Under the pieces are notes generated by a model that saw nothing but the letters and a program-made list of their open reading frames with translations, was not told the DNA's origin and searched no databases. A program made the position numbers and the translations under genes. This document shows positions 1-34,600 of a DNA stretch of 64,000 bases, one piece after another. Source of the DNA: Tubiluchus corallicola (taxonomy: Eukaryota > Animalia > Priapulida); NCBI GenBank assembly GCA_030141605.1, contig JAQGDQ010002375.1, positions 455,254 to 519,253 on the forward strand, in the 5' to 3' direction. The first letter of the stretch is position 1. Each line of letters opens with the position of its first letter.

Positions 1-1362
1 AACCCACTGCTAGTCAAACCCAAATCTGATGATACATCAAATGATGTCCCTATCAAGCTACACGCTAATGGTCAAATAGTACTTGACGATCACACTGGTT
101 TTACTGCAGTGGATGAGGAAATGCAAAACAGTACTGAAACCGAAGAAACTGGTTGTGCACTAACTGCAGTTGTCAAAATTGAGTACGGTATTTCTGCAAA
201 TTTGAAAGATTGTAATGCTAGAGAAACAGACAGTGATGTTACTGTTAACAAAAATGAGTACTTGTGTGGCACAAGTGAGAGAATGACATTCTCATTGACA
301 AGGACTACAAAAGCACACAAAAAAGATCATCTGCGACCAAAACGGCACATATGCAATCATTGTGGAGCGACTTTTGCTCGTACAAACAGCTTGAAAGGGC
401 ATCTTTTAAGCCACAGTGGCGAAAAACCTTATAAATGTGAGCACTGTGATGCCACATTTGCATGGCCTAATAATCTGAAAAGGCATTTAAGCACACATAC
501 AGGAGAAAAACCATTTAAGTGTAGAGAATGCCCTGCCGCTTATACAAGCCTCAGTTATCTGAGAAGCCATGTGATGGTTCACACCGGCGAGAAGCCTCAC
601 AAATGTAACCAATGTGATGCCACCTTTGCAAGGTCAAGCAGTTTAAAGGAGCACTTCAGGATTCACACAGGTGAGAAACCCTATAAATGTGATCAATGCG
701 GTGCTGCTTTTGCTTTTTCAAGAAGTTTTAAAACGCATATGATGAATCACATGGGCATTAAACCCCACTTATGCATTTACTGTGCAGCAAGGTTTATCAC
801 TTCAGGTGACTTGAAAAGTCACTTAATTACTCACACAGGAGGAACAAAGTCATACAAGTGCAATCAGTGTGAAGCTACATTTACACGATCGACGACCTTG
901 AATAAACATTTGAAAGGACATTTTGGGATAAAGCCACACTTGTGCACCTACTGTGGAGCAAGGTTTGCAACTATGAGTCATCTTAAGAGTCATTTAAGGA
1001 CACACACAGGAGAAAGACCTTACAAATGTGAGAAATGTGAGAAAACATTTGTGCAATCCACTCATTTAAAACTTCATCTCAATACTCACACTGGTGAAAA
1101 GAAGTTCAAATGCTCAGTCTGTGAAGCTGCTTTCCTAGATCCAAGCAATTTGAAGACACATGCCAGGATCCATTCCGGTGAACGACCTTACACGTGTGAC
1201 CTTTGTGGTTCTGCCTTTATGAGATCAACAAATTTAAGAAAGCACATGAGAGCTCACACAGGAGAAAAGCCTTATAAGTGTGATCATTGTGCAGCTTCTT
1301 TCAAAAAGCAAGTGCATCTTAAATATCACTTAGTGACACATGACGATGAGTTTTACAAGTGA
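1..1362 (+). CDS. C2H2 (Kruppel-type) zinc-finger protein, 12 tandem fingers; 5'-partial last coding exon
   Basis: Frame 1 is open from base 1 (NPLLVKPKSDD...) to TGA 1360-1362, so the GTG at 109 is not a real start. There are twelve CxxC-x12-HxxxH fingers with TGEKP-type linkers from about 346 to 1341. AATAAA signals lie downstream at about 1637-1647 and 2017-2022. Confidence 0.93.
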   Translation, partial: NPLLVKPKSDDTSNDVPIKLHANGQIVLDDHTGFTAVDEEMQNSTETEETGCALTAVVKIEYGISANLKDCNARETDSDVTVNKNEYLCGTSERMTFSLTRTTKAHKKDHLRPKRHICNHCGATFARTNSLKGHLLSHSGEKPYKCEHCDATFAWPNNLKRHLSTHTGEKPFKCRECPAAYTSLSYLRSHVMVHTGEKPHKCNQCDATFARSSSLKEHFRIHTGEKPYKCDQCGAAFAFSRSFKTHMMNHMGIKPHLCIYCAARFITSGDLKSHLITHTGGTKSYKCNQCEATFTRSTTLNKHLKGHFGIKPHLCTYCGARFATMSHLKSHLRTHTGERPYKCEKCEKTFVQSTHLKLHLNTHTGEKKFKCSVCEAAFLDPSNLKTHARIHSGERPYTCDLCGSAFMRSTNLRKHMRAHTGEKPYKCDHCAASFKKQVHLKYHLVTHDDEFYK

Positions 1363-2497
1363 GATCATTGAAAGATTACTTTTAGAATCATGGTAATTTT
1401 AAACAGCTCTTGCTAAATTATGGAACCAGTTTGGAACCATACTTGGAATTTATTAGTAGTATTAATTATGTAATTTAATAGTTTATCATTGTATGCAAAA
1501 ACTTTTTATTAGTGTGATCACGTAATTTTTACTGATGATTCTTCTTGTGATTTTGTGCTCCTTGCGATTTTAGGTGATTTTCTTTTATTTTGTACAGCAC
1601 CATTGATAATATTTTAATATTGTGACGAGTGCTTATAAATAAATAAACTGTAATTTATTCTGGAAAAAACTGATAGTAGGATAATTGTGTGAGTTTGTTC
1701 AGTCTGGTGTTTTACAACAGTACTGGAGTACATCACTGCTCTTAAAAACATGTCAGTATTCATGCAGGAATTAAACCATTTAGATGTGGTCATTGTGATG
1801 TCACTTTCACATGGTGAAGTAGTTTAAAGAATTGTGTTAGATCTTAAAAAAGCCTGATGAATGTTTTAGTGCTCAGCCAGACATGCATTTGTGAACTGTG
1901 TAGTTAAATTAGTCAAATGTTATCTAGCTAAGTTTATTCATATTTATTAACCCTGGCAGCCATTTGGATCTGCATCTGTTTCAAATTGTCTTACTCAAAG
2001 TAAAATTATTTGTGTAAATAAAGCTTATATTGCTTCCTCTTTGTGGTCAATAGATGTCACTTTGTTATTTGCACTGTGTTTTGTATTGTTTTAGCAGCAT
2101 TTACGTTGTTTAATTGGTGTTGTTATGGTTTGCAAGACTGTAACTGAACTATCAGAAATTGACCTTCACAGTAGTGTTTCTTGCTGGACGTAGACCCCCC
2201 CCTCCAAGACTTTTACTTACACAAAATGGCTGAGCCTATTAGTCGTGAGCACAACAGCAGTTCAACTGCACAGCACTGCATTTAATATTTTTTGCAGTAT
2301 AGATTACTGGCTTTAACTTTAACGCCAGTAGTTATATGTATGAAATAACAGATAATTACGTCTTTTATGTATTAATCGTATTGATTAATCATGATTGTGT
2401 ACTATTATTAATGTGTACTATTTTCACAGAATCCACATCTTCAAAATTTTTACTTACTTTACACATTACCAACACTCTATGAAAAAGTTTCAATCAT

Positions 2498-2513
2498 TTT
2501 ATTGTTGTTTATT
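2498..2513 (-). terminator. Candidate poly(A) signals (two AATAAA) for ULK4
   Basis: tttatt on the + strand at 2498-2503 and 2508-2513, about 570 nt after the ULK4 stop. The motif is common in AT-rich DNA, so this is tentative. Confidence 0.4.
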
Positions 2514-2725
2514 GACTAAATTCATGAAAGCTTAGACTAATAAAAATTGTATCAGTATGAACATATGAGTATTGTTGTAAATGTACAAAAAAGTAGTAAG
2601 CATGTATAATCACATCACATTACACAATACAAGCAGTAAATAAATAAATTCCAATAAAATCAAGGAAATTTTTAAGTGCACTTGTTTTAAAATATCAAAA
2701 ATAATAAAGGTCTGACTAGATAGAA

Positions 2726-2794
2726 CACAGTTACAAGGCACTAATGGCATTGCTCGTACTAAAAAAATGGCACAGTTACAAGGCTCTGATGGCA
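2726..2794. repeat. 24-bp direct repeat (two copies, period 45) in the ULK4 3' UTR region
   Basis: cacagttacaaggcactaatggca (2726-2749) vs cacagttacaaggctctgatggca (2771-2794). Confidence 0.7.
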
Positions 2795-3078
2795 CGATTT
2801 AATAGCCAAAAAAGAAAGCTAAAAGTTGCATTGCAATTCTAGTCACTGGCTATTTTTACGATGCACACCAGTATAACAGGGTCTGGGTCATGTTTCTGCA
2901 GCATTTACAAAGTCTCTGTCATATTCTTGTCAAGAGGTGACATGACACTGTCTTTTCCTGATTCTTCACCTGTGTTGTATTTCAAGGCAGCATTCTTGTC
3001 TCCCTGTTAACTTATTTCTCACTGTATACATTTCCTCATTTGAAGCAAGAACATAGCCGTTCTTTCCACTTCTGCTTC

Positions 3079-25157
<22,079 letters not shown>

Positions 25158-25311
25158 GCTTTACAAGAGCTAGTGCATTCTCATATACACAGTACACTGA
25201 CCAAAAAAAAAGAAAAACTGATAAAAAATAGTTGAACAGAAACAGGGAGAAATAGTTTTGTTGCATACATTTAAAAACAAAAACCTTGTACAAAGGTAAA
25301 TGGTTAATAAG

Positions 25312-25849
25312 TAGGGCTGTAATGATAAACCTAGGTCACGGACACGAAACATATCACAACACTAACCTCACGATACACTTGAGTTAATATTTTATCAATC
25401 AACAGTTTTAGGGTTGCTAAATGCTAATCAACAAACTGTTGGATTTCTATTTATTACTTATGTAATGTGTAGGCTATTGTTTGTACTTTTAGCCACCAGA
25501 AAAGCAAAACGTATCAATACTTTAGGTGTAAAAGTTGCTTGTGCATTTTCTGGTTCACTTTTGCATTTCACAAGTTTATATGTAAACAATATAATTAGTT
25601 GCTCGCAGTGCCTGTGTTAACTACTGCTCACTGCACTGATTGGTAGGTATCTGTAGTACACTCTACAGCTGCAGCTTGAATTACTTCTATTGTTTTGTTT
25701 TGTTTTTACCAGCATACAGTCAAAGCTCATGCTACTTTGCTAAATATCATTGACTCATATTATCACAATACAGGTGCACTTTGGCGATACGCATATCGTA
25801 ATAAAAAACATCTCAATGCAATATACCTCGATGTATCATTACGGACCTA
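25312..25849. mobile_element. hAT-type MITE just upstream of the ULK4 start-codon exon
   Basis: TIRs TAGGGCTGTAATGATAAA / revcomp TAGGTCCGTAATGATACA. Flanks ttaataag / ttaataat match 7/8 as an 8-bp TSD. CGATA-like subterminal repeats are present. Confidence 0.8.
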
Positions 25850-26794
25850 TTAATAATACACTTATTTGATTTTTAATACATACAAGCAAAGAACTATATT
25901 AAAAATCACTGAAGGTATTTTTAATGCTCAGCTCAAAAACTGTACCCACATATATATATATATACCACACATATAGCTACTTCTTAACATATGATATACA
26001 CAACAAAATTACAGAAAAATAGAATTCAGTCAGCTACCGCCGAGCTTTAAAGGCTTGGCCGTTACAGGTCATTACACTATTGTTTTGTTATTGTTATAGT
26101 AAAGTTACAAAAGCATGGTGTGCTTTTTAACTGAAATTAATAAAAAACGCCTCACTGCTGAGCCATTAACTCGTTATGTCTTTTTTGGTATCGGACACTA
26201 TACTTCAGATTCGGATGCCTTCTTCACAGTTATTTTTTATAAATTTTTATCAAGTGCACTACAATGTGCCTACATGAACATGTAGAAACCGAGACTGAGT
26301 AAAAACCAACTGCGTGAAGTACAAGCACAACAACATTTTTTAATCTATTCATTGAATCTATTCCATTCTAATCATTGAAGTATGAAAGCTTTATATTAAT
26401 AGGGTTTGGCAAATTATGTAAAATTAATGGCTATAAAGAACTAATCAAGTGACTTGATTATAAAAAGTATCTCTCCATAGCACGACGATTTTTTATTGCA
26501 TTACTGAACTTAAGTTACATATAGCAGTACGGACTATATAAATCACCAAGAATTTTTGTACAATATTATCGCACTAGTATCAGAGCCCATTTCTTTTCTT
26601 CTCGTGTTGTGGGCCCTTGGAATTCGCTTAATAGTGAAACAGTTGACGCATCTAATTTGCCGCAATTTCGCAAATTGTTGTGGAGAGACCGTCAACAACC
26701 GTGTCATGCTTAGATCTCTTAAGACTTTGCAAGCAAGACGCAAGTGTAACATTAACAGGTATGCTTAAGCACTACTTTTTCGCTAGTGGTAACA

Positions 26795-27115
26795 ACTTAC
26801 GTACAACTTTGTTAACCCCACGCATTCACGGTTACGCAAACTCTTACCACGAATAATTAAAAAAATGGTTGGTGAGCTGATCAATTTCACCGCGTTGTCT
26901 CTCGTAGAGCTAAAAACGTTATTAACTTTGAAGATGAGAGGTCAGCCAATGAAAACGAAGTAAGTTAGAAATGCGTTTATTTCTAACTGGTATGGCATCC
27001 TATTTTTAATGCATTTCATTGCTTAGAAATACAGTTTTAAGGATGTGTTCATCCTTAACGGCAAACGGTTTTTACGTTTTTGTTCAAATTGTTGTGCACG
27101 TTGCCAAGGACGTTT
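26795..27115 (-). promoter_or_regulatory. Putative ULK4 promoter and non-coding first exon
   Basis: The ULK4 ATG exon has an acceptor (AG at 25171-25170), implying an upstream UTR exon. A minus-strand GTAAGT donor lies at 26800-26795. The region is locally CpG-enriched, with CCAAT at about 26946 and an RFX X-box-like CGTTGCCAAGGACG at 27099-27112. Confidence 0.4.
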
Positions 27116-27536
27116 TCAGTAAGACCAGAAATCTTTGCTGCAATGCGGATACAATGTTCATGATTTCTTAACTCGACTTCTTCGTTTGGCGGGTCAGAGT
27201 CTTGCTCAATGTTGTCACTGACGTTGAGCCTCTTTATTTCGTAATAAATTTCTCTAATTTTTACTATGTCTACAATGTATTTCCAAATTTATCACTCTTT
27301 CTGTTCTCCATTTTTTATAAAATTCCTCTCTTATGTCTCCATTGGAATGCTTTCAGGCACCTCCATCACCTGACCTTATTTAAGCTGATGTGCATAGTCT
27401 TGCTTATCAACGAACGATACTCTGGAAACGGTAGCCAGACAATAAAAGCACTCAAGCGTTTCATGCATGCTTCTGTGAACAGCACTGAAGTAGTACCTCA
27501 CTATAGTTGGTTAGTGGTAGGACAAAATCTTATTAA

Positions 27537-28081
27537 AGGAAAACCAGACGATTGTGTAAACATTAGTTCAGAATAAAGAATGCTCCAAAATATTGAAAAC
27601 TACAATAGTTTTTCATGAATCACAGCTTAAATAAAATAATGATTAGCTTGGTTACTCAAATTTTGTTAAACTTTCAAAGCTACGCACGGCTCAGTGAATC
27701 TACTAAGAGTGGCAATGGCACCTTTTTGTCCCGTGCGCGTGGCCGACAAATAGAAGGGTACTGTTATAACCATGATCATGAACTGCAGTATTAGTTTCTG
27801 ACGTCATATGACATAAACCCATTTTCATGACATCACACACCACAAATAAATAAACTAACACTAATAATAAAAAGCAGTACAGTAACACTTACGCAAACCT
27901 GCCATTGCACAAACTGTGGTTATTTTCTGACGTAAGCAATAGCTGTGTTCAGCTGCCGTTAATTAACTTTCAAGGCTAATTATTCAAATATAAGAAACAA
28001 TTGCTAACTTTTATAGGCAAGAAAGTGTATATTTTGGACAGTAAATTAAAGTGAGATTGACACTAAACATTTGGTTTTCAC
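27537..28081. mobile_element. Kolobok-like non-autonomous DNA transposon with TTAA target sites
   Basis: TTAA|AGGAAAACCAGACGATTGTGTAAA on the left vs revcomp TTAA|GTGAAAACCAAATGTTTAGTGTCAA on the right. Internal TGACGTCA (27799-27806) and TGACGTAA (27928-27935). The same terminus occurs at 13162-13178. Confidence 0.6.
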
Positions 28082-30139
28082 TTAACAATAACACTAAAAG
28101 CCGCTTTCATTTTAATTGGTGGTTTGCCTAATACGATGGGTCTATGGCTGGTGAAAGTTTTCCACTGACAAAATTAATGTATATTACAGACAAATCGTTG
28201 ATTATTTCCGATATCGCTTAAAAAAGTAAAAGTTAGAACAAAGCGTTCTGAACTGATTTTCACTACAAGTTCCTTCTGCATGTTCTTTCATATTCCACAG
28301 CCTGTGTATAATTATTTTGAACTTGTCCAATCTAGTATCTCACTAGACTAGTTACTATAACATGATCATGTCTGTGCCATGTCATTAGGTCTGTACAGAC
28401 CATGTCTTAATTATCAAAGCTATGAATCCTTTCCTAAGCAAACTTACATAGTAAAGGATTCATGCATAGCTCTGGTATTACTTAACTTCAATAATGTGCA
28501 CATGCAGTTTTATCTGTTACCAAAATTACTTAAAGTATTCCTGTTCAGTTTTCAACTAACACAGTCCTGCACGCCACCTGTTTCGACCAAGGACTGCAAT
28601 TTCTACCATTGCAAAAAACATGTAATTTGAATATGGTGCAGCTGAATGCCAAGCAGTTTCCAGCTTGCCCTAAATGACATTTTTCAGAATCAAATCTTCA
28701 AATTTTGTACACATACTTTAATATTATTTCAAGACCATAAGGGTTTGCTGCATTTTGCATGTGTTCATGAAAAACTGCTGTCACCAAGCAACGATGACAT
28801 TGTATTAATGTTGATAATTTTTGTAGATTTCTGCTTTTCTCAAAATGGGCTTTCATGGAAAAATTATATATGAAATGCATTTGCTTACCATAGACAAATT
28901 TATGATCGATTCTTGACGAAAAATTTGGAAAAAGCTTCCAGTAACTGCAGTGTTTGTATCGTAACAATCTATAGTATGAAATCGTGTGTGAAATCGGCTA
29001 ATGCAGGTAATTTCAACTGTCTGGATACAACACTGATACATTAGGCCTCAATTGTACAATATTTTTAAGGAGAAATTTCTGTTGAAAGATGAGACATCCT
29101 TAATTTGTACTTGGCTGATAGGTTTGTTTTTCCTGGAATTCTATACAGCAAATGCTTCTCTTGGGCTGTAACAAGCAGTGAATTAATAAATTATTGTGCA
29201 CGATCACGCAAGTGTGCACAAGACTAAGCTGCTCAATAGGCTAAGTTGGAGTGCCTGAAAAGTGCGTGTTTTTCCTTAATTTTGTAAAAATAAATCAATT
29301 ATAAATCCAAGCAAATAGTATAATTGGATAGCTGATATTTTCCTGAATAGAACAATACCTAATTTGTAATAATTTAGTTTTGTCTGTGCTCATACAGTAG
29401 CAGAAAAGTTATACCTATTATAAGATCTATTTTGAATAATGTGGTCATGAAGGAGTTAAATACTAGAGTTATTAGTAAAAAATTGTTGTATTGGGATTGT
29501 AGATGTAAAGTTTATAATTTTGAACAATGGCTTGCTTATAACACTAAGAGAAAATGATGCTGAAGAAAACTGCCACACCTAAAAGTATTGTGTTGAAACT
29601 GCTGAAAAAGAATTCATTCCAGCCTGTTGACGCCATTTCATATAACGAAGAGCACAAGGCAAACACAAATTAGGTATGTGATTACTGGCCATCGAGCTGA
29701 ATAGACGTGTTTAATTTGAACTCTCAGTATCTGGGTAAAAGTTGTACATAAAAGTAGCTATTACAAGAGTCACAGCTAAGAGAGAGAAGCCAACTCCAAC
29801 GAAAAAGAAGGAAGTGCTTAAGATGTTAAACAATGGACGCTCCAGATAGCAACTCAGATTCAACAAAGTATTTGTATGAAATATTATTGTAGAGGTAATA
29901 ATCATCACTTGATTGGGGAATTCTAACATAAAGTTATAATCAAAATTAATATATTGATGTTAGATGTAAAGAAACTTGTCCCGTTATGTAAACGAAGTGC
30001 CTTCTTGTTCTTGTTCTTGTCTTCAATAAACTTCTTTTTATTTAGCTGCAGCTGTTTGGTTTACATAGTGCTTTGTACTCTGCTGTACATCATGTGTCAT
30101 ATGAAATCTAACAAAGACACGAAGACATGAAAATCCCTG

Positions 30140-30350
30140 AACTAAATTTGTTCGGGCATCCACACTCTCTGGCAAACTATCCCACTTGTTTGCTACACGT
30201 TGAAAGAGAATGTAATTTTACAATTCATATTTGCATAAGGTTTGGACAACTAGTTTCATATAATGACCATAACCATCCTTGGATGATTTATCCATTTAAG
30301 CACTTTCAAATATCTTCTTCAGGTCTGCTGTTTCTCTTCTTTGTTGGAAA
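30140..30350 (-). mobile_element. Decayed CR1/L2-type LINE ORF2 C-terminal fragment
   Basis: Minus-strand peptides FQQRRETADLKKIF, YGHYMKLV and LFQRVANKWDSLPESVDA match the RRxRxDLIxxFK...RGHxxKL...FSxRVVxxWNxLPxxVV signature, with a stop and a frameshift. Confidence 0.7.
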
Positions 30351-30609
30351 GAATATGCATCGGGATCGGGATGCAAATACAATCAAACTGCCAGCACCTA
30401 TATTGATCTTTATAATATCTCATGATATCAGATTGCAGTGATGGTGGCCAACTGGCCACAGTACATTAGAATTTTTTTTGGTATAATTAAAAAGATTTTT
30501 TGATTACTTCTTACATCTGTAACAGGTTCTTGCAAATTTTGTCAGGATTTAATGGTGATCTCTTATCACTAGTGATCAAATCAAGCTTCAAGCTCACCAA
30601 GCTATTAAT

Positions 30610-30820
30610 GACTGAGTCTCGCGAATAACTCCCATTTTTGGACTGGGTTATGTTCAGAGATTTGTGAAAAGATTTCTTGTTTTGCGTTTTCTAGTTAGGT
30701 GTCATGGCGGAGATTCTATTTTGCTAGATGTATGGTTTATGTAACTTATGTTTCTTTACATATCTAAAGTCTTGTTTTTATGTTGTCTAGTGTAATACTA
30801 GAGCGACAGGCCGGAAATTG
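30610..30820 (+). promoter_or_regulatory. Putative SCYL2 promoter and non-coding first exon
   Basis: A cluster of housekeeping-promoter-type motifs: TCTCGCGA 30617-30624, ATGGCGG (YY1-like) 30704-30710 and CCGGAAAT (ETS-like) 30811-30818. A candidate donor GTATGG lies at 30730, and an acceptor ttgcag ends at 31621 just before the ATG at 31665. Confidence 0.4.
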
Positions 30821-31664
30821 TGAAACAAATGTTATTTATTTCGCATTCGTCAAGAAAAAACTATAATATTTGTAATTATGAGCAATGTTTTGCACCTGGA
30901 AATTACCAGATACAATATCAAGAAGCAGCAAAAAAGAAGGAGATGATGAGGACATCTTAAAATAAACTAGTGAATACAGATGAAAGGCATTTAATGTGGC
31001 AACAAGCCTTTTAATGCACAAGGGCATGCTTAACGAACTGAAATTAAAGGCTGAATTAAAAGCCTTTAGTTTTAAAACATGTCGAGCTTAATTGAAGTTT
31101 TTTGCTACTTACCACTGATTATATTCTATAATATCTATTATATGTAATACCTGCCTTTAGTTGCGTTTTCTAAGTTCTAAAACCTATTGGTTGAGGTTTA
31201 CAAGCTGATGAGTTGTTTATCTTTCAGTGTTTCACATGAATTGCAGGTGATACACATATTATAGTTGGTAGATAGTTTAATCGCCTTACCATTGCATTTT
31301 TATACAATTTTTGTATATCTATAAATACTGGTATCCTGTTTTCTAAACACACCATATTGTTTACTAATTAAGGTGATTTAACTGTCTTTTGTGTAGCTTT
31401 GAATATGTATAAGACACCTCACCCTATAAAACCTCTTTTCATGTTTTTCAAGAATATGAAGTTACGAACCTAAACAATTTCTTAAAGTTAGCAGCTTTTT
31501 GGGCCATATATAAGGAGTTGTGGCAACGAAAACTTCAGAAATCAGAATGCAAAGCTGGGGCCTTATAATTGCATGCTTTAGCTGTTGTATAAGATGTAAT
31601 GCAAAAGTGTTCTACTTGCAGATTTGAAGCAACATTAATGCTCGATACTTATGATTAAAATAGC

Positions 31665-34600
31665 ATGGACTACTTTAATAAGCTCAAATCTGCTGTTTCT
31701 ACGGCAACACAGTATCTTCCTGGAAACCCTGTAACCAGGGAATTTGAAGTTTTAAAGCAAATTGGCAGTGCTGGTCCTGGTCTTATTTGGAAAATTTATG
31801 CCAGTGTAAAGCGATCTACAAAACAGGTAAAAATGATGTTCTTTCCTGCTAATTTGCAAAATAATCAAAATCTATAAGTTTCTTACAAATTGCTCTATAG
31901 CTTAGGTGTGAGTACATGACTGAATTATTCTCAGCATAAATGTTTTTGTTTAGCCTGTGGCTGTGTTTCTTCTGGAGAAAAAGCTTCTTGACCGGTTTTC
32001 TAGGAGCGACCGTGATTTGATATTGGACTCATGTAGAAAAGGTATGCTGTTCTAAAATCATTTTTGCTTATTGAGACATTTAACATCACTTATACACGTC
32101 GCTTTTAAGATTGCAGTGATAATGAAACTTATTTTACTTGGTGTGTTTAAGCTTTGTATTTCCTAGTTATAACGAATTCAGTAAAACGAATGTGTCTTGC
32201 AGGTGTATCACAGCTCACTAAATTGCGTCATCCTCGGTTGTTGACTATACAGCATCCGTTAGAAGAATCAAGGTATAACTTGTCAGCATTTTGCTTTTAT
32301 TGTACTGGGCAAACTGAGTGAGTAAATAAGAATTTACATTTCTCATTTAACACTGCACTTATTTTTGTTTTTCATGTGTACTGTACACATGAGATTAGCC
32401 AACATGTCTTGTAGTACTGCACTTTAAAATTTTAATTCTGTAATGTTTTAGAGAGAGTTTAGCATTTGCAACTGAGCCAGTGTTTGCAAGTCTAGCCAAT
32501 GTACTTGGTAACCATGACAACATTGCCACACCGTTGCCACCAGAGCTTAAGCAATTTAAACTATATGAAGTGGAAATTAAATACGGCATCTACCAGGTTT
32601 GTGATTGCTTTGCTGTTGTCTTTAACTGAAGTATATCATGTTTGCCTGGTAAGACTATAAGTTGTAACAACAAAGGTTGAGAAGTTTTGTATATGTTTTG
32701 TCAACCTGTGGGTCATTAATAACTCTATAAACTTGTTTATATTTTACCAATTTGTTACAATTAACACCTTCTACACTTTACGTGAGTGTATGTAGTAGGA
32801 CTTGCCTGCAGTTTGTCAGATTAACTATAAGAAAAGCAATAAAGCAGTCTCAAGTTAGAATGCTCGAAAGCTTTTGCACCTAAACTATGACTTGAACTCA
32901 AAACCTATTGCTTTCTGGACAGCTATATTAACCATTACACAGCAGATTCAGAAATTTATACGCTATAAGCCAGTAAAGGTCTGTACATATTATGTATACT
33001 CGTTCATAATTTGCAGCTTTTTCAGATTTTTTGAAGTAGCTTAGTCTGTTGTACATTAGTTAGTTACTAATGTTAGAAGCATTTTGAATTGTTTGGTGTT
33101 ATGCACTTATAAATTATGCTATAGGTAATGCTTGCTCACCTTTTTCCCTTTGTAGCTTGCAGAAGGCCTAGCATTCCTGCATAATGATCTGAAGATGATG
33201 CATAATAACATTTGTCTCGAGTCAGTAATTATTAATGCGACTGGTGCATGGAAGATTGCTGGATTTGAATTCTGTTTGTCGAATTCGTCTCCGCAAGATC
33301 AAGAGGTGTGTTTATAGATTTTTATCTGTTGAATTTTTCAAGAAGAACAGAAATGATTTTATAGGATTTTATTTATATATAATGTCAAATGTAGACTAGG
33401 CTAAGTCTGAACAAATCATTTTTTGACAGATTTATTTGTGGGGATTTGTATAGAGATCTGCTAACATTTCTTTACCCTTTCAATTTGCAAGTGCGATAAA
33501 TAATTATTTTTGTGTAGTAAATTTTCCTAAAATAAATAATAAAACAACTTTTTGATGGTTTATTTACTCCATATTGGTAATTGTAAAGCAATCTGCAACA
33601 TATAAACGAATTTAGCACTGTGCAAAAGTAAACAAACTTAACCTAAACTTGATTGGTTTATTGCGTATAACCGTAACCGGGTTGTATACCGAAATTAAAT
33701 TTGATTTTTCCATTAGCCGACATATCCATTCACTGAATACGAGAACAGCATAGCGTCACTCGCTCAGCCAAGTCTTGACTACCTTGCACCAGAGTTCTGC
33801 TTGACAATGACATGTGACAGGGCCAGTGATATGTTCTCTTTGGGAATGCTGGCATTTGCACTATTCAATGATGGAAAACCGCTTTATGAAAACTGTAATG
33901 CTTATAGTACTTACAGAAAAAATTGTGAAAAGGTAATTAGTTTCATTCCATTTTACCCCTAGTTTTAGTTTGCTGACGTTCAAATATCATTTTTCATATT
34001 TATTACACTTTGAAGTCTGCAAAGGTATGTTCACTGTATTAGCTTCAGTTTTGTCTTACGAAATTGTTGCCAATCATATCGTTGGCAATTACTAGTAAAT
34101 TAAGTTAGAGTAAGCCATTGAATAAGCAAAATCATTATCATGTTCCTTTTTTGAAAGTTCACATTTTTTCTATGCGAAGTACCAAATGAACAGTAGCTGT
34201 AGGCTGTAAAACTTGCATTGCACACTTTTTTGTGACAGTTGTTCATCATAGGGTTAAACTGGCTATTTACATTTTCTCAAAAATGAGCAGACATTGACAT
34301 CGACTTTTTTTAGTCTGTGGGCTGTTACCTGATTTGTTTATTCCTAGTGTAACGTAAAGTGCTCACTTTTTGTTTGTGCAAAAAATGTGGATAAAATTTT
34401 ACAACAGTCAAACTCGCCAATCACAATTTCTGTAAACTTTTGCTAAAAAGTAAAAGAAGAAGATTACAAACTGGTAACACAGATATCTGATTGATAACTT
34501 AATTAATGATTCATTTGCAGTTGAAGAGTCTTTCTGTTTCCTCTCTCGTCTGCATTCCAGCTGAAGCAAGAGAACACATAAAGATGTTACTAAATGTAAC

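Noticed and set aside
27202-27576. 124-aa ORF between ULK4 and SCYL2
   Set aside because: It has a non-ATG start and low-complexity F/L/Y composition, and it runs into the Kolobok-like terminus.
29711-29929. Hydrophobic 72-aa ORF as a small membrane protein gene
   Set aside because: There is no recognisable family or splice context, T-rich strands give hydrophobic peptides by chance, and it lies next to a LINE relic.
32884-32940. Possible tRNA gene on the minus strand (also considered for 17600-17675 and 49265-49336)
   Set aside because: A- and B-box-like motifs are present but the stems do not pair into a cloverleaf. Decayed SINE heads explain them better, and this one was too weak to list as a feature.
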